Positions 19,479-28,300 of a DNA stretch of 42,728 nt are shown here, one piece after another. The translations under genes and the position numbers were made by a program. How positions within the stretch are numbered: position 1 is the stretch's first letter; each line of letters starts with the position of its first letter. The stretch is taken from sequence record DRR723986_6632; one strand, written 5' to 3'. The notes beneath the pieces were generated by a model. The model saw nothing but the letters and a program-made list of their open reading frames with translations, did not search any database and had not been told where the DNA came from.

Positions 19479-20606
19479 TCAGCCTTGCCGAACCTGATCA
19501 GGCGTTGCGTCTGAGAACGTTGCCCCGGAAACGTCCCTGTGCCGTGGGGCAAGTTTCAGATCAACCAATTCGACGTCCTGTGCGTTCAGAACCGGGTCTT
19601 CGAGGATCAACTGCAACGCTTCATGATCAGAATGGCGAGGGTCCGCAACGTCGACCGCAAGACCTTCACCTTCCTCCCGAACCTGTTGATCGCGAACCCG
19701 TTGGAACAAAACACCTGTTGCCCCGACCCGGCGTGCAAGACGGACAAAGTCCGGCATCTCTGTGTAGTTTTCCTGCCGGACGACAAACTTCATTTGGAAG
19801 AAGTCTATCGCTTTCAGCCTGCGCAAATGGCCGAGAAATGACAAATTGGGCATGAGCTGAACCAACTGCCTGACTGGCCGCAGTTCATTATAGGTTTCCG
19901 GGGTCGCGGCATCGACGGACACATGAACGCTGCCGACATGCCCCCAAAGATCGAGCCGGTTCCAGACAGCTTCCGTCAGCAGCAGGCCATTGGTGTGGAG
20001 GTCCAGCGCCTTTCTCGGCTCTATCTCCGCGCAATAGGTCTTCAGAAAGTTCAGGAAATGCCGGCTGGCAAAAGGTTCGCCTTCACGGCCGATGGTTATT
20101 CTGTCGGCTTTGGACAGAAAGCGCGCGTACGGTTCGTTGAAGATCCAGTCGAGCCGGTCGGCATCGTATTTTTTCAGTTGAACCGGTTTTGTCGCCCGCG
20201 AAGGACAGGCGGTGTTGCTGCTCAGTTCGTGACCGAGGCTGGCGCACGCTGGAGGCTTGTCCAGTCGGGTCCTGCCAGTCTTGATGATCTCCCGATAGTA
20301 GGCCACCGCAGGAGACGGGTCTATTTCCGACAGGATCTCCTCGCGCGCTGGAAGATCGCGCCCTGTGATACGTGGGCATTTCAAATGGCAGCAATGCGAG
20401 AAGTCACCCGCAAGGATCGACCGTCGTATGTCCTGGGCTTTGGGCGAGTTCCAGGCGGTTTCAGGATCGTCAGACAGACTGCCGATTGCAGCCGGTTGCC
20501 AGGCTGCGGGACAGAAGTGAATGCCCTGGTTCGGCAGGGTTTCGATTCGCTCGAACGGATTGGAACAGAAGCGCTGGCTCAGCCAGGTGTCGTCAGGCCT
20601 ATCCAT
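19479..20606 (-). CDS. Radical SAM/SPASM-like protein with degenerate cluster motif
   Basis: N-terminal FCSNPF…CPAAW…CCHLKCP, GEPFAS, LHTNGLLL, VSVDAATPETY. The CxxxCxxC position reads SSNTACPSR. Confidence 0.75.
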   Translation of the reverse strand: MDRPDDTWLSQRFCSNPFERIETLPNQGIHFCPAAWQPAAIGSLSDDPETAWNSPKAQDIRRSILAGDFSHCCHLKCPRITGRDLPAREEILSEIDPSPAVAYYREIIKTGRTRLDKPPACASLGHELSSNTACPSRATKPVQLKKYDADRLDWIFNEPYARFLSKADRITIGREGEPFASRHFLNFLKTYCAEIEPRKALDLHTNGLLLTEAVWNRLDLWGHVGSVHVSVDAATPETYNELRPVRQLVQLMPNLSFLGHLRRLKAIDFFQMKFVVRQENYTEMPDFVRLARRVGATGVLFQRVRDQQVREEGEGLAVDVADPRHSDHEALQLILEDPVLNAQDVELVDLKLAPRHRDVSGATFSDATPDQVRQG

Positions 20607-20668
20607 GCAGTTTGCCCGGAAAGGTCTTGAATGCGTTCCCGCGTGCGAACGGTGCTTTCATTGACAAT

Positions 20669-21550
20669 TCAGATAGCATCCGCCTTCTCAACCTCCTTGA
20701 AGGCGACGGCAACCCGGTCCTTGTCGATCCCCTTGAACGCAAGATACCTGTCCGAAAGTTGAAGCTTCTCCACCTTCTGCAACCATTGCCGGTCGTCTCC
20801 GGCATAGTCGTGACGCATCACTGCGCCGGGCTGATACAGGAACTGCTCCGCATCCGTCTCGCCCAGCATCCGGCAACAAAGATCCATGCCTTCGTGCCCC
20901 GCCAGAAGCGGATCAAATCCACCGTATTTTTCGAAGGCAACCGCCTGCCAGGCGGAAAACCCCTCAGTAGTGGGCGGTGCCGGTTTCAGCCTATCACCGA
21001 GATTGTAGTGGTTGCCCGTCAATCCGGCACCGGACTTCGGCGCAATGCGCCCGCGCACAGCCTTGGCCCCGCGCTCGATACAGGTGCCGGCAAGCAGATC
21101 AAGATCTGCCGCGCCCGTCGATGCATCATCGTCCAGAAACAGAAGGCAGCTCCCCCTCGCGACGTAGGCACCGACGTTTCGCGCCGCCGAACAGCCGATA
21201 TTTGCCGGCAAGCCGAATATCCGCGCCTTGTCCGCATACGGGCTTGATGCCCCCTCGGCGGCTCCTGGCCCATTGCCGACGAAAATCAATTCAACGTCCG
21301 GACGGCGGATGAAATCTTCGATACCTCGGCCAATCTCGCAGGCCTCAAGGCCGCTCCGATGGGAAACGACAATCACCGAAACCTTCGTGCCATATATGTT
21401 TTGAAGGTTTTCCGTCAGGACGAAGCGATGAATATTCGCGTAAGTCTCCTGCAGGCAGGCGGAAACGGCTTGCTGCGCCTTTGCAAATTCGCCGTTCTCG
21501 AAATGCCCCGTTGCCTGCGTGTAGGAAGCCAAACTCACGTTCCCGTTCAT
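20669..21550 (-). CDS. Glycosyltransferase family 2
   Basis: KVSVIVVS, NIGCSAARNVG, LLFLDDD, GGFDPLLAGHEGMDL. Confidence 0.85.
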   Translation of the reverse strand: MNGNVSLASYTQATGHFENGEFAKAQQAVSACLQETYANIHRFVLTENLQNIYGTKVSVIVVSHRSGLEACEIGRGIEDFIRRPDVELIFVGNGPGAAEGASSPYADKARIFGLPANIGCSAARNVGAYVARGSCLLFLDDDASTGAADLDLLAGTCIERGAKAVRGRIAPKSGAGLTGNHYNLGDRLKPAPPTTEGFSAWQAVAFEKYGGFDPLLAGHEGMDLCCRMLGETDAEQFLYQPGAVMRHDYAGDDRQWLQKVEKLQLSDRYLAFKGIDKDRVAVAFKEVEKADAI

Positions 21551-21767
21551 GCCCGATCATGAAGCCCGTCGAGTGTGTACACATCCGTTCATCGTTGCAG
21601 CACGTGGCTGACTTGATCGACGATGTGGCCCACGTGGGGCTCCCTCAGGCCGTCCGAATAAAGCTAAGCGCCTAACATGGCCTCGTCCAGCATCGCGGGG
21701 CATCTTTCGTTCCCGTCAGCCATTTCTGACGGGATCGACAAAACCGCATAAACCCATGCCTGCCTCT

Positions 21768-21950
21768 TTGGAACTTTGCCCTGAGTTTCGCCACGAAAGT
21801 CTGGTCCTGCAGGCGCTTACCGAAGGAGACGGTGTAGTCGGCAGTGATGTTGAGGTTGTCGGTCACGCCAACATTCAGCCCCCATCGACAAGCGCCACAT
21901 CCTGGTCCAACGCGGCTCCGGTGATCGTGAATGGCGAACTGCCGGTCCAC
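21768..21950 (-). pseudogene. Frameshifted C-terminal remnant of an autotransporter beta-barrel gene
   Basis: Minus strand reads GSSPFTITGAALDQDVALVD, then after a frameshift GLNVGVTDNLNITADYTVSFGKRLQDQTFVAKLRAKF. This ends in a barrel-type terminal F followed by CAA (possibly a former TAA). Confidence 0.6.
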
Positions 21951-22066
21951 CCCAATGCCGCAACAGCGCCAGGCAGACGTCGGTGTTTGGCAAATCCGGG
22001 ACTGCACATCAGCAGAAGAGGACCAGCTTTCTTTGGCCGGCAAATGCGAGTGGGAGAAAAGAAAAA

Positions 22067-22082
22067 TGGTGGGCCCGGAGGG
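22067..22082. repeat. att core (left junction), duplicated tRNA 3' end
   Basis: tggtgggcccggaggg, identical to 42670-42685. Confidence 0.95.
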
Positions 22083-22235
22083 CCTAGCCAAACTGAAGAA
22101 AGTCAATAGCTTAGCAGAAGGTGGGACGAAACACCTGCCTAAAGGATTTCAATGGCTTACAAAAGCCGTTGTCCCACTATTTTGCCGCTCTGCCTCACTC
22201 CGAATTGCTTCCCAGGCAGACCGCTGGAGGCACGC

Positions 22236-22994
22236 ATGAGCGAGCGCCGTCCATTCCGGGAAGTGAAGCTTCAGTGGCTGCGTCTGCTGAGCTGTGATGC
22301 CAATATCAACGACAATGCCAAGTGCGTCGCGCTCTATATCGTGACCGCACATGTGAACGGCCACACCGAGAAGGCGTGGCCGTCCTACAAGACCATTGCC
22401 GAAGCAACCGGCAAGAGTGTCAAATCCATCCAACGTGCCATCCGCGATCTGGAAGAAGGTGGCTGGCTTGGCGTTCAACGCGGGAATGGCGTCGGGCACA
22501 ATACGGAGTATTGCCCTACCGACGCCTCGATCCTAAAGGCCTCCGAGCTTCGAGAAAAGACGGACAGATCTGTCCCCCTTGCCCGGTCAGAAGGCGGACA
22601 GATCTGTCCCGAAAGGCTGTCAGATGTGTCCAGCAAAGGAGGTCAAATCTGTCCACCAAACTTAGAGAAAGAAATAAATAAAAAACCTAACGCGCGTGAG
22701 GCGCGCGCGACCGCCGTCTCTCGCCGCTCCATTCCTGTCGTCGTCCTGCCAACCGCTCAGACCAGGCAGGTCGATGAATGGAACGCCTGGCTGGCCGAAA
22801 AGACCCTGCCCGATCTGGCGTGGTTCAATCTCGCAACCAGCGTCAACGGCTCATCCGGATACCAGCTTCCAGGGCGATGGCCACCGGAAGATGGCTCGGA
22901 CAAAGAGCAGGACTGCCTCTCGTATTTCCTGAACAGACTGCCAGCAATCGCGCATCAAGCGGCCTCTCCCGCAGCCTACAGGCAAGCGGCATGA
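22236..22994 (+). CDS. HTH-domain replication initiator-like protein
   Basis: GGAGG RBS at 22226. KAWPSYKTIAEATGKSVKSIQRAIRDLEEGGWL winged HTH of the phage/plasmid initiator type. Internal iteron-like repeats. Confidence 0.75.
   Translation: MSERRPFREVKLQWLRLLSCDANINDNAKCVALYIVTAHVNGHTEKAWPSYKTIAEATGKSVKSIQRAIRDLEEGGWLGVQRGNGVGHNTEYCPTDASILKASELREKTDRSVPLARSEGGQICPERLSDVSSKGGQICPPNLEKEINKKPNAREARATAVSRRSIPVVVLPTAQTRQVDEWNAWLAEKTLPDLAWFNLATSVNGSSGYQLPGRWPPEDGSDKEQDCLSYFLNRLPAIAHQAASPAAYRQAA
22562..22690. repeat. Putative replication origin: four 14-bp iteron-like repeats plus A-rich tract inside rep
   Basis: ggacagatctgtcc (22562 and 22596; perfect palindromes), tgtcagatgtgtcc (22618), ggtcaaatctgtcc (22641), then aaacttagagaaagaaataaataaaaaacctaa. 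Confidence 0.65.
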
Positions 22995-23452
22995 CTACGG
23001 CGGATCTGACAAGAGCAAGGCGACCCGTGTCATACGACACAGGACCTTGCGAGGGGCGGCAGGCCTCCCCTTCGAACCCCTCCGGACCGCAAACGGCCCG
23101 TCTCGCCGAGACGGTTGTTATGCGATGCACGACGGAGGAAAAGAGACATCTCAAGCGCCGCGCCGCCGCGGACAAAATCTCCGTCTCGGAGCTGTTGCGC
23201 GCAGCGTTGGGGCAGATCAAGGCCCCTCGCCGCCGTGCAACGCCCCAGGTCGATCCGAAGCTCGTGACCGCGCTCAGCCGCATCGGCACGAACCTGAACC
23301 AGATCGCCCGCGCAGTGAATGCCGCCCAGGCGGCTGGCGACATGCGTCAGCTCGACGGCCTGCAACTGCTCGCCGAGCTGGTCGGCATCGAGCGCCAGAT
23401 GGCGGCTCTCCTTGCCAGCCACAAACGGCGGGACGCGGATCATGCTGATTAA
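22991..23452 (+). CDS. mobC: Mobilization accessory protein MobC (RHH)
   Basis: ETVVMRCTTEEKRHLKRRA…SVSELLR RHH. LSRIGTNLNQIARAVN is the MobC signature. ATGA overlap with the rep stop. Confidence 0.9.
   Translation: MTTADLTRARRPVSYDTGPCEGRQASPSNPSGPQTARLAETVVMRCTTEEKRHLKRRAAADKISVSELLRAALGQIKAPRRRATPQVDPKLVTALSRIGTNLNQIARAVNAAQAAGDMRQLDGLQLLAELVGIERQMAALLASHKRRDADHAD
23015..23080. promoter_or_regulatory. Putative oriT (nested inverted repeats)
   Basis: gcaagg(23015)…gtgtc-atac-gacac…ccttgc(23050), followed by gaggggcggcaggcctccccttc. Located at the 5' end of mobC. Confidence 0.5.
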
Positions 23453-25064
23453 GCTGTTCCGCAGTGGCAAGGGCGGCGGCGCGGCACCGGTTGATTATCT
23501 GATCGCACCGCAGGTGCTTGCTTACGACGGCAATCGCGATCTCATCCGCAACGACGCTGGCGTCCCGCTGATGAAGACCCGCGATCCGCTGCCGGAAGTT
23601 CTGGCGGGCGATCCGGACCATACCCGGGCCCTGATCGATGCCTGCCCGCACGCCTGGACGTATCGGGCAGGCGTGATCAGCTTCGATAAGGACGACCATC
23701 CGACCGAAGAGCAGCAGCAGGCAGTCATGGACGCCTTCGACGAGCTTGCCTTTGCCGGCCTGAACCGCGACCAGGTCGACATGCTCTGGGTCCGGCACAG
23801 CCATGAGGGGCGCGTCGAGCTGCACTTCTGCACGCCGCGCATGGAGCTCACGTCAGGCAAGAGCCTCAACATCGCCCCACCTGGCTACCAGAAGGCAATG
23901 GATGCCCTGCGCGACATGCTCAACAAGGAGCATGGCTGGGCAGACCCACAAAATCCGGCCAGGTCGCAGGACACCAAACAGCTTCCGGAAAAGAAGCTTC
24001 GTGCCCAGGGCCGAGAGGACATCCAGAACTGGCTGGAAGACCTAATCGTCGCCGGTCAAATCTCATCCCGGCCGGACATGGTTGCTGCGCTGGAAAGCGC
24101 CGGCTTCGAACTGCCTCGCCAGGGCAAAACCTATCTCACAGTCAAAGACCCCGACAGCGATACACGCTGGCGGCTCAAGGGAGACATTTTCCATGCAGAT
24201 TGGACCAGAGAGAAGACCGCTCAGAGAGCGGCTGAGCGAGACCATCGAACAAGCGCACCAGGATCAGAACGCCTCGCTGCTCGAAGCCTTTCAGAGCTCC
24301 GAGACGAATATCGAGCGCATGTTGAAAAGCGCCGGCTCTACAATCAACAACGATATCCGCTCGTCCCAGGAGAAACTGAACGCGACCTTAGAAAGGCACT
24401 TGAGGTCGAGCGAGGAACAGATCCATCAGATGAAAATAGGCATGGCGGAAAACGAGAGATTGGCCGCGAAGAACCGATTTCTGAAACTGTCGGCAGCGGT
24501 CTTGATCTCGGCCGTCCTGACGCTCGGCGGGATCTTGTTCCTGAACGATCAGCTGAGATGGGCACTGATCACTTCGGCATTCAATCAGACGACCTACACA
24601 GAATTTCCCATCCTGATCTTCGACACCAAAACCGGGACGTATCAGCGTTGCCGGGACGCAGCCGGACAATTCTCCTGCCAACTAACCGAGTAGAGCCCCA
24701 TGACAGACCACAATCTGCCCTCATCGAACCTGCCATCCCAACAAACCCTGACGCCGCTCGAGCGCGGGTTGCTGAGCTTGGTCGAACGCTTGACCAACGC
24801 CTTCGAACATTCGACCGCTCAGCTGGAGCATTTGGAAAGACGCTCGACCAGCTTGCTGGAAGAACGGCTGACCGAGCTCGAGACGTTGCTCGACAGGTCC
24901 ATCAGCTCGCAACAGGCCTTCAACGAGGCATTGCTCGACTTGCTCAATGCGCCAGAGTCCTCACGCAGATCGGTGAAAGAGCTTTGCAGGGCCGTGGACG
25001 AACCCAACAACATTCTGCGTCAAGAGTGATGAAGACGCGACGCCAACACGCAATGGAACGTTAG
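23442..25064 (+). CDS. Relaxase, ColE1 MbeA-like (MOB_P/HEN-related)
   Basis: MLIKLF…GGGAAPVDYL (catalytic Tyr), YRAGVISF, LWVRHSHEGRVELHFCTPRMELTSGKSLN. Overlaps the mobC stop. Confidence 0.9.
   Translation: MLIKLFRSGKGGGAAPVDYLIAPQVLAYDGNRDLIRNDAGVPLMKTRDPLPEVLAGDPDHTRALIDACPHAWTYRAGVISFDKDDHPTEEQQQAVMDAFDELAFAGLNRDQVDMLWVRHSHEGRVELHFCTPRMELTSGKSLNIAPPGYQKAMDALRDMLNKEHGWADPQNPARSQDTKQLPEKKLRAQGREDIQNWLEDLIVAGQISSRPDMVAALESAGFELPRQGKTYLTVKDPDSDTRWRLKGDIFHADWTREKTAQRAAERDHRTSAPGSERLAARSLSELRDEYRAHVEKRRLYNQQRYPLVPGETERDLRKALEVERGTDPSDENRHGGKREIGREEPISETVGSGLDLGRPDARRDLVPERSAEMGTDHFGIQSDDLHRISHPDLRHQNRDVSALPGRSRTILLPTNRVEPHDRPQSALIEPAIPTNPDAARARVAELGRTLDQRLRTFDRSAGAFGKTLDQLAGRTADRARDVARQVHQLATGLQRGIARLAQCARVLTQIGERALQGRGRTQQHSASRVMKTRRQHAMER
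24193..24693 (+). CDS. Overprinted gene inside relaxase, MbeB-like coiled-coil/TM protein
   Basis: Alternative frame with AAGGGAGA RBS. Helical N-half and a TM segment LSAAVLISAVLTLGGILFL. Same position as mbeB within ColE1 mbeA. Confidence 0.6.
   Translation: MQIGPERRPLRERLSETIEQAHQDQNASLLEAFQSSETNIERMLKSAGSTINNDIRSSQEKLNATLERHLRSSEEQIHQMKIGMAENERLAAKNRFLKLSAAVLISAVLTLGGILFLNDQLRWALITSAFNQTTYTEFPILIFDTKTGTYQRCRDAAGQFSCQLTE
24700..25029 (+). CDS. Overprinted gene inside relaxase, MbeD/MobD-like coiled coil
   Basis: LTPLERGLLSLVERLTNAFE resembles the MbeD N-terminal pattern. Starts 6 bp after the MbeB-like stop. Confidence 0.55.
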   Translation: MTDHNLPSSNLPSQQTLTPLERGLLSLVERLTNAFEHSTAQLEHLERRSTSLLEERLTELETLLDRSISSQQAFNEALLDLLNAPESSRRSVKELCRAVDEPNNILRQE

Positions 25065-25318
25065 CATCGGGCAAAGGTCAGCAAACAATCGCGTCCTTGC
25101 TAGTGACTGGACTGGTCCTGACTGAGGATCGAGATAATGTCGTTCTCTCTATAAATTCTTTAATTTCAGTATCTTGAGGCATTTTCAGGACCAATGCAAC
25201 GTGGAGCGCTTACGTATCTGATATTCCTAAACCCATCAAAATTCTGTAGGTCGATTTTCCAAAGGTTTCTGGGTCGATTTGGCAATTTGTCAAAGATTCT
25301 TGAGTCTATGAGTAAAAC

Positions 25319-28300
25319 CTATTGAATATCAAGGCTCTCAGGAACTCCATCGACCTCCTCCCCTTGATGGCAAAACACTCGCAACCGCGCGTTAGCTCGG
25401 GCACAGGATGTGGTCAGGCTCGCCAGATACATTGAAGTCTGCATAGTTAGATTGCTCGGATTGCTCTCCAGACGACGCCTAAATGTAGTGAGGTTCAGCA
25501 ATCGTGCCGCGACGATCCAGACTTCTTTGTTCCAGGACCTGTTGCGCAAAGCGTTGAGAATGGTCGACCGGACGTCTTCAAGCTCCAGGTCTTTGGAGTT
25601 TTTGAATATCCTGTTTAGGCCGACCAACGTGCTGTCGTTTGCGCGCACATCCGTACCCCAGCGGTCTTTGGCCACCTTGGGTGTAACCGCCACGCCCGAG
25701 CAGAATGCCAGGGAGGCGAGCGCCTGTCGCCCCACCTCCTGCAGCGCGGAAACCGCGGCAAGCCGTTCGTCTTTGGATGCCTTCGCATGGATTACGCAAA
25801 CCAGGCGACGTTCAGTATCTATCGCCAGGAAGTCCCCAATTTCCTGACCGTCATCGTCGCAAACGATGAGATCGAACCTCTTTAGCTCCTTGCCCAACTC
25901 GCCATAAGTTTCTGGGATCGGATCCTCTTCCGAAATCTCGCAGATCGCCTTTATCACGCCGAACTGCGACTGTCGCTTCCAGGCCGCCTTGTTCTTGGGG
26001 TAGATTTTCTCTCCTTTTTCAGTCTTAAGCTCAGCGAGGATGGGGACAGCAACGACGTTGTCGAGCTGAGGAAACGTGCCGTCCTCACGCATCTCCAGCC
26101 CGTGCGGGCTGTAGAACTTCCCGTTTGCATAGACGACTTTATTTTTTTTGGGCAGAACCCGAAACGATTGAGAGCGGTTCAGCACTTCACAGAAGGTGAA
26201 GGCAGACCGCCGACCGGATGTGGATTGAGCAAGAAAAAAGCTATCGAGCTCCGGGGAAGAAATTCGATAGCGATGTGTCTGTTCCTTGTATTCAATCTCA
26301 CACGCGAACGTTCTACCGGCAATTTCGACATCGAACTCGCCCTCTTTGACATCGGCACAAAGATCCGGCGTGTCCACATCTTGCATAAGATCCCGCAGCG
26401 GCTGGTCATCCTTTTGGCCTTTGAAATCCTCGAAAGAATCGCCAAGGTCGATCAAAATGTTTTCTGCCATCGCCTCATCCTTTTCAGGAGGGGGAACGAT
26501 TTTAGCGTATCGGCCGAATACGGGATTCTCTGATAGCTTTCTGGCAACGATGTCGTTCTCCACACCCTCTGCCCATTTCAAATACTCGGAGAGTGGCAAG
26601 GGCAGCGGCTTTGTGTCCCGCACACGTGCCTGCGTGAACCCGAGGTACCGGCCATCTCTGCCTACCCGACCGAACGCCGATGTAGGAAACATTCCGGGAT
26701 CGAGAAGGTCAGTGAAGGTATGTTCAAAAGATGCTGTTCTTGTAGCCTGGGCCCGGATCGCTCTTTCGGAAAGATCGAGTGATGCAGCAGACATGCGCAT
26801 AACTCTAACCGGACGATCTGGAGAAGACTCAGGGATAGCGCGGACTAGATCGCTTTGATCGAGGCGAGTTATTTGCAGCTTCCGGCTGTCGAATACGATG
26901 CCGGAGGTATCATGGGCGAAGACCAGATCCCCTACCTGGGCGACGATGCATAGACCAAAAGTCCATTCCGGGAAGAAGTGATTTTTCAGCCACGGGGAAG
27001 TTTTCCAGCCGTAGTAGGCCACCGCCACCGCGTTTTCGGGCAAACCCCGAATTTCAATCGGCTGGAAACGGTCATTTGCCAAAACGGCTTCAGAAATTTC
27101 TGCCCGGATGAACTCGCGGTTGAATTCCGTGCCTTTGAAGTCGAACACGGCTGCGCTGGCAGGCAACTGCACGTCTTCGGCACGCAATGTGCCCTCAAGC
27201 ATAAAGCGCTCGCGAAACTCACCTTCGACATACTGCAAATCCGGCAACACATCCATCAGGCGATCTGGCAACGCGGCTTCACTGACCACAACGTATTCCG
27301 TGTTCTCGGCGCAGTACTCCTCAAATTTCAGGTAGCGCTGCCAGGACTTGTCGATGTCTTCAGCATGCCGAGGTGAAGCGAAAACGAACGCTTGCTGCCT
27401 GGTCGTTCGGGTATCATCTGAGGATCTCAGCACACGGCCGATTTGCTGCACCAGTTGGCGAGTGTTTCCAAAGTTGTCGTAGATTGCCGCAGCTAAGAAC
27501 GAAGGGTCGTCCACACCTTCAAGCAGCTTTGTTTCATGAAGCCAAACCCGCACTTGGTCGCTATCATCACTTTGCTGAGCTGAGTGCACGTTGTCATACC
27601 GCCGAATTTTCGCGTCGTTCCGTTTCACAGCATGGTGGATGACGAGCGCCTTTTCTCCTGTGAAATCTTGCAACAGCTCCTGCAGCAATACCAGCTTTGG
27701 CAGACGCTCTGCCCGGACGATCACCTTCCAGTTCTTTAGGCCGACCGGCGCTTTCAACGACTTCATTTTTTCCGCAAGCCCAATCGCGAATGCTCTGGCA
27801 TCGGCCTTGTCGGTGGTCGTGAGTTCTCGCTGATCTCGGCTATCCTCGCTTTCCTCCGGAGTAGACCTAGTGCTCTCAGGGCTTAGTGCCGGCGGTGATA
27901 TGTCAGTCTCACGATGTTCATCGCCCTCCAAAGCCTCAATCGACGGCGTCCTGATTATGCAGCCTTCCAAGGCTTCCTGAATGGGTTGATTGAACACAAA
28001 TCTTCCTTTGACTCGGAACGATTTGTAGTCGTTGCGATAAGGTGTGGCACTGAACAGAATGGTTGGAAGATCTGCGTCTCTAATCGCTCGGCTCCAGGAG
28101 ATCGCGGGCTCATAGTGCCCTTCGTCGACAATAACGAGGTCGAAAGAACGGAGCAGATCTACGAAATCACGTGAGGCTTCGATTGCCCGGTTTTTTGCGT
28201 CATCTGTACTCAGTTTCTGGATGGATTGTCGCCGGATCTGATCAAGGCCCTGTAGGGTGCCCACAACCACCATTCTATCTTCACTGGCGCCCGCATCATT

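Noticed and set aside
130-21700. Numerous long antisense or alternate-frame ORFs (e.g. 1801-2553, 6832-7575, 8512-9291, 11495-12301, 14385-15164, 20372-21247)
   Set aside because: Shadows of motif-supported genes in GC-rich DNA, with no recognisable motifs of their own.
21756-22109. 117-aa + strand ORF spanning the left att
   Set aside because: Antisense to the autotransporter relic and crosses the junction. Only its last codons matter, as the alternative integrase tail.
22778-23441. Extended N-termini of mobC (22778) and relaxase (23319) given by the ORF track
   Set aside because: They overlap upstream genes extensively. Starts at 22991 and 23442 give typical coupled overlaps and family-like N-termini.
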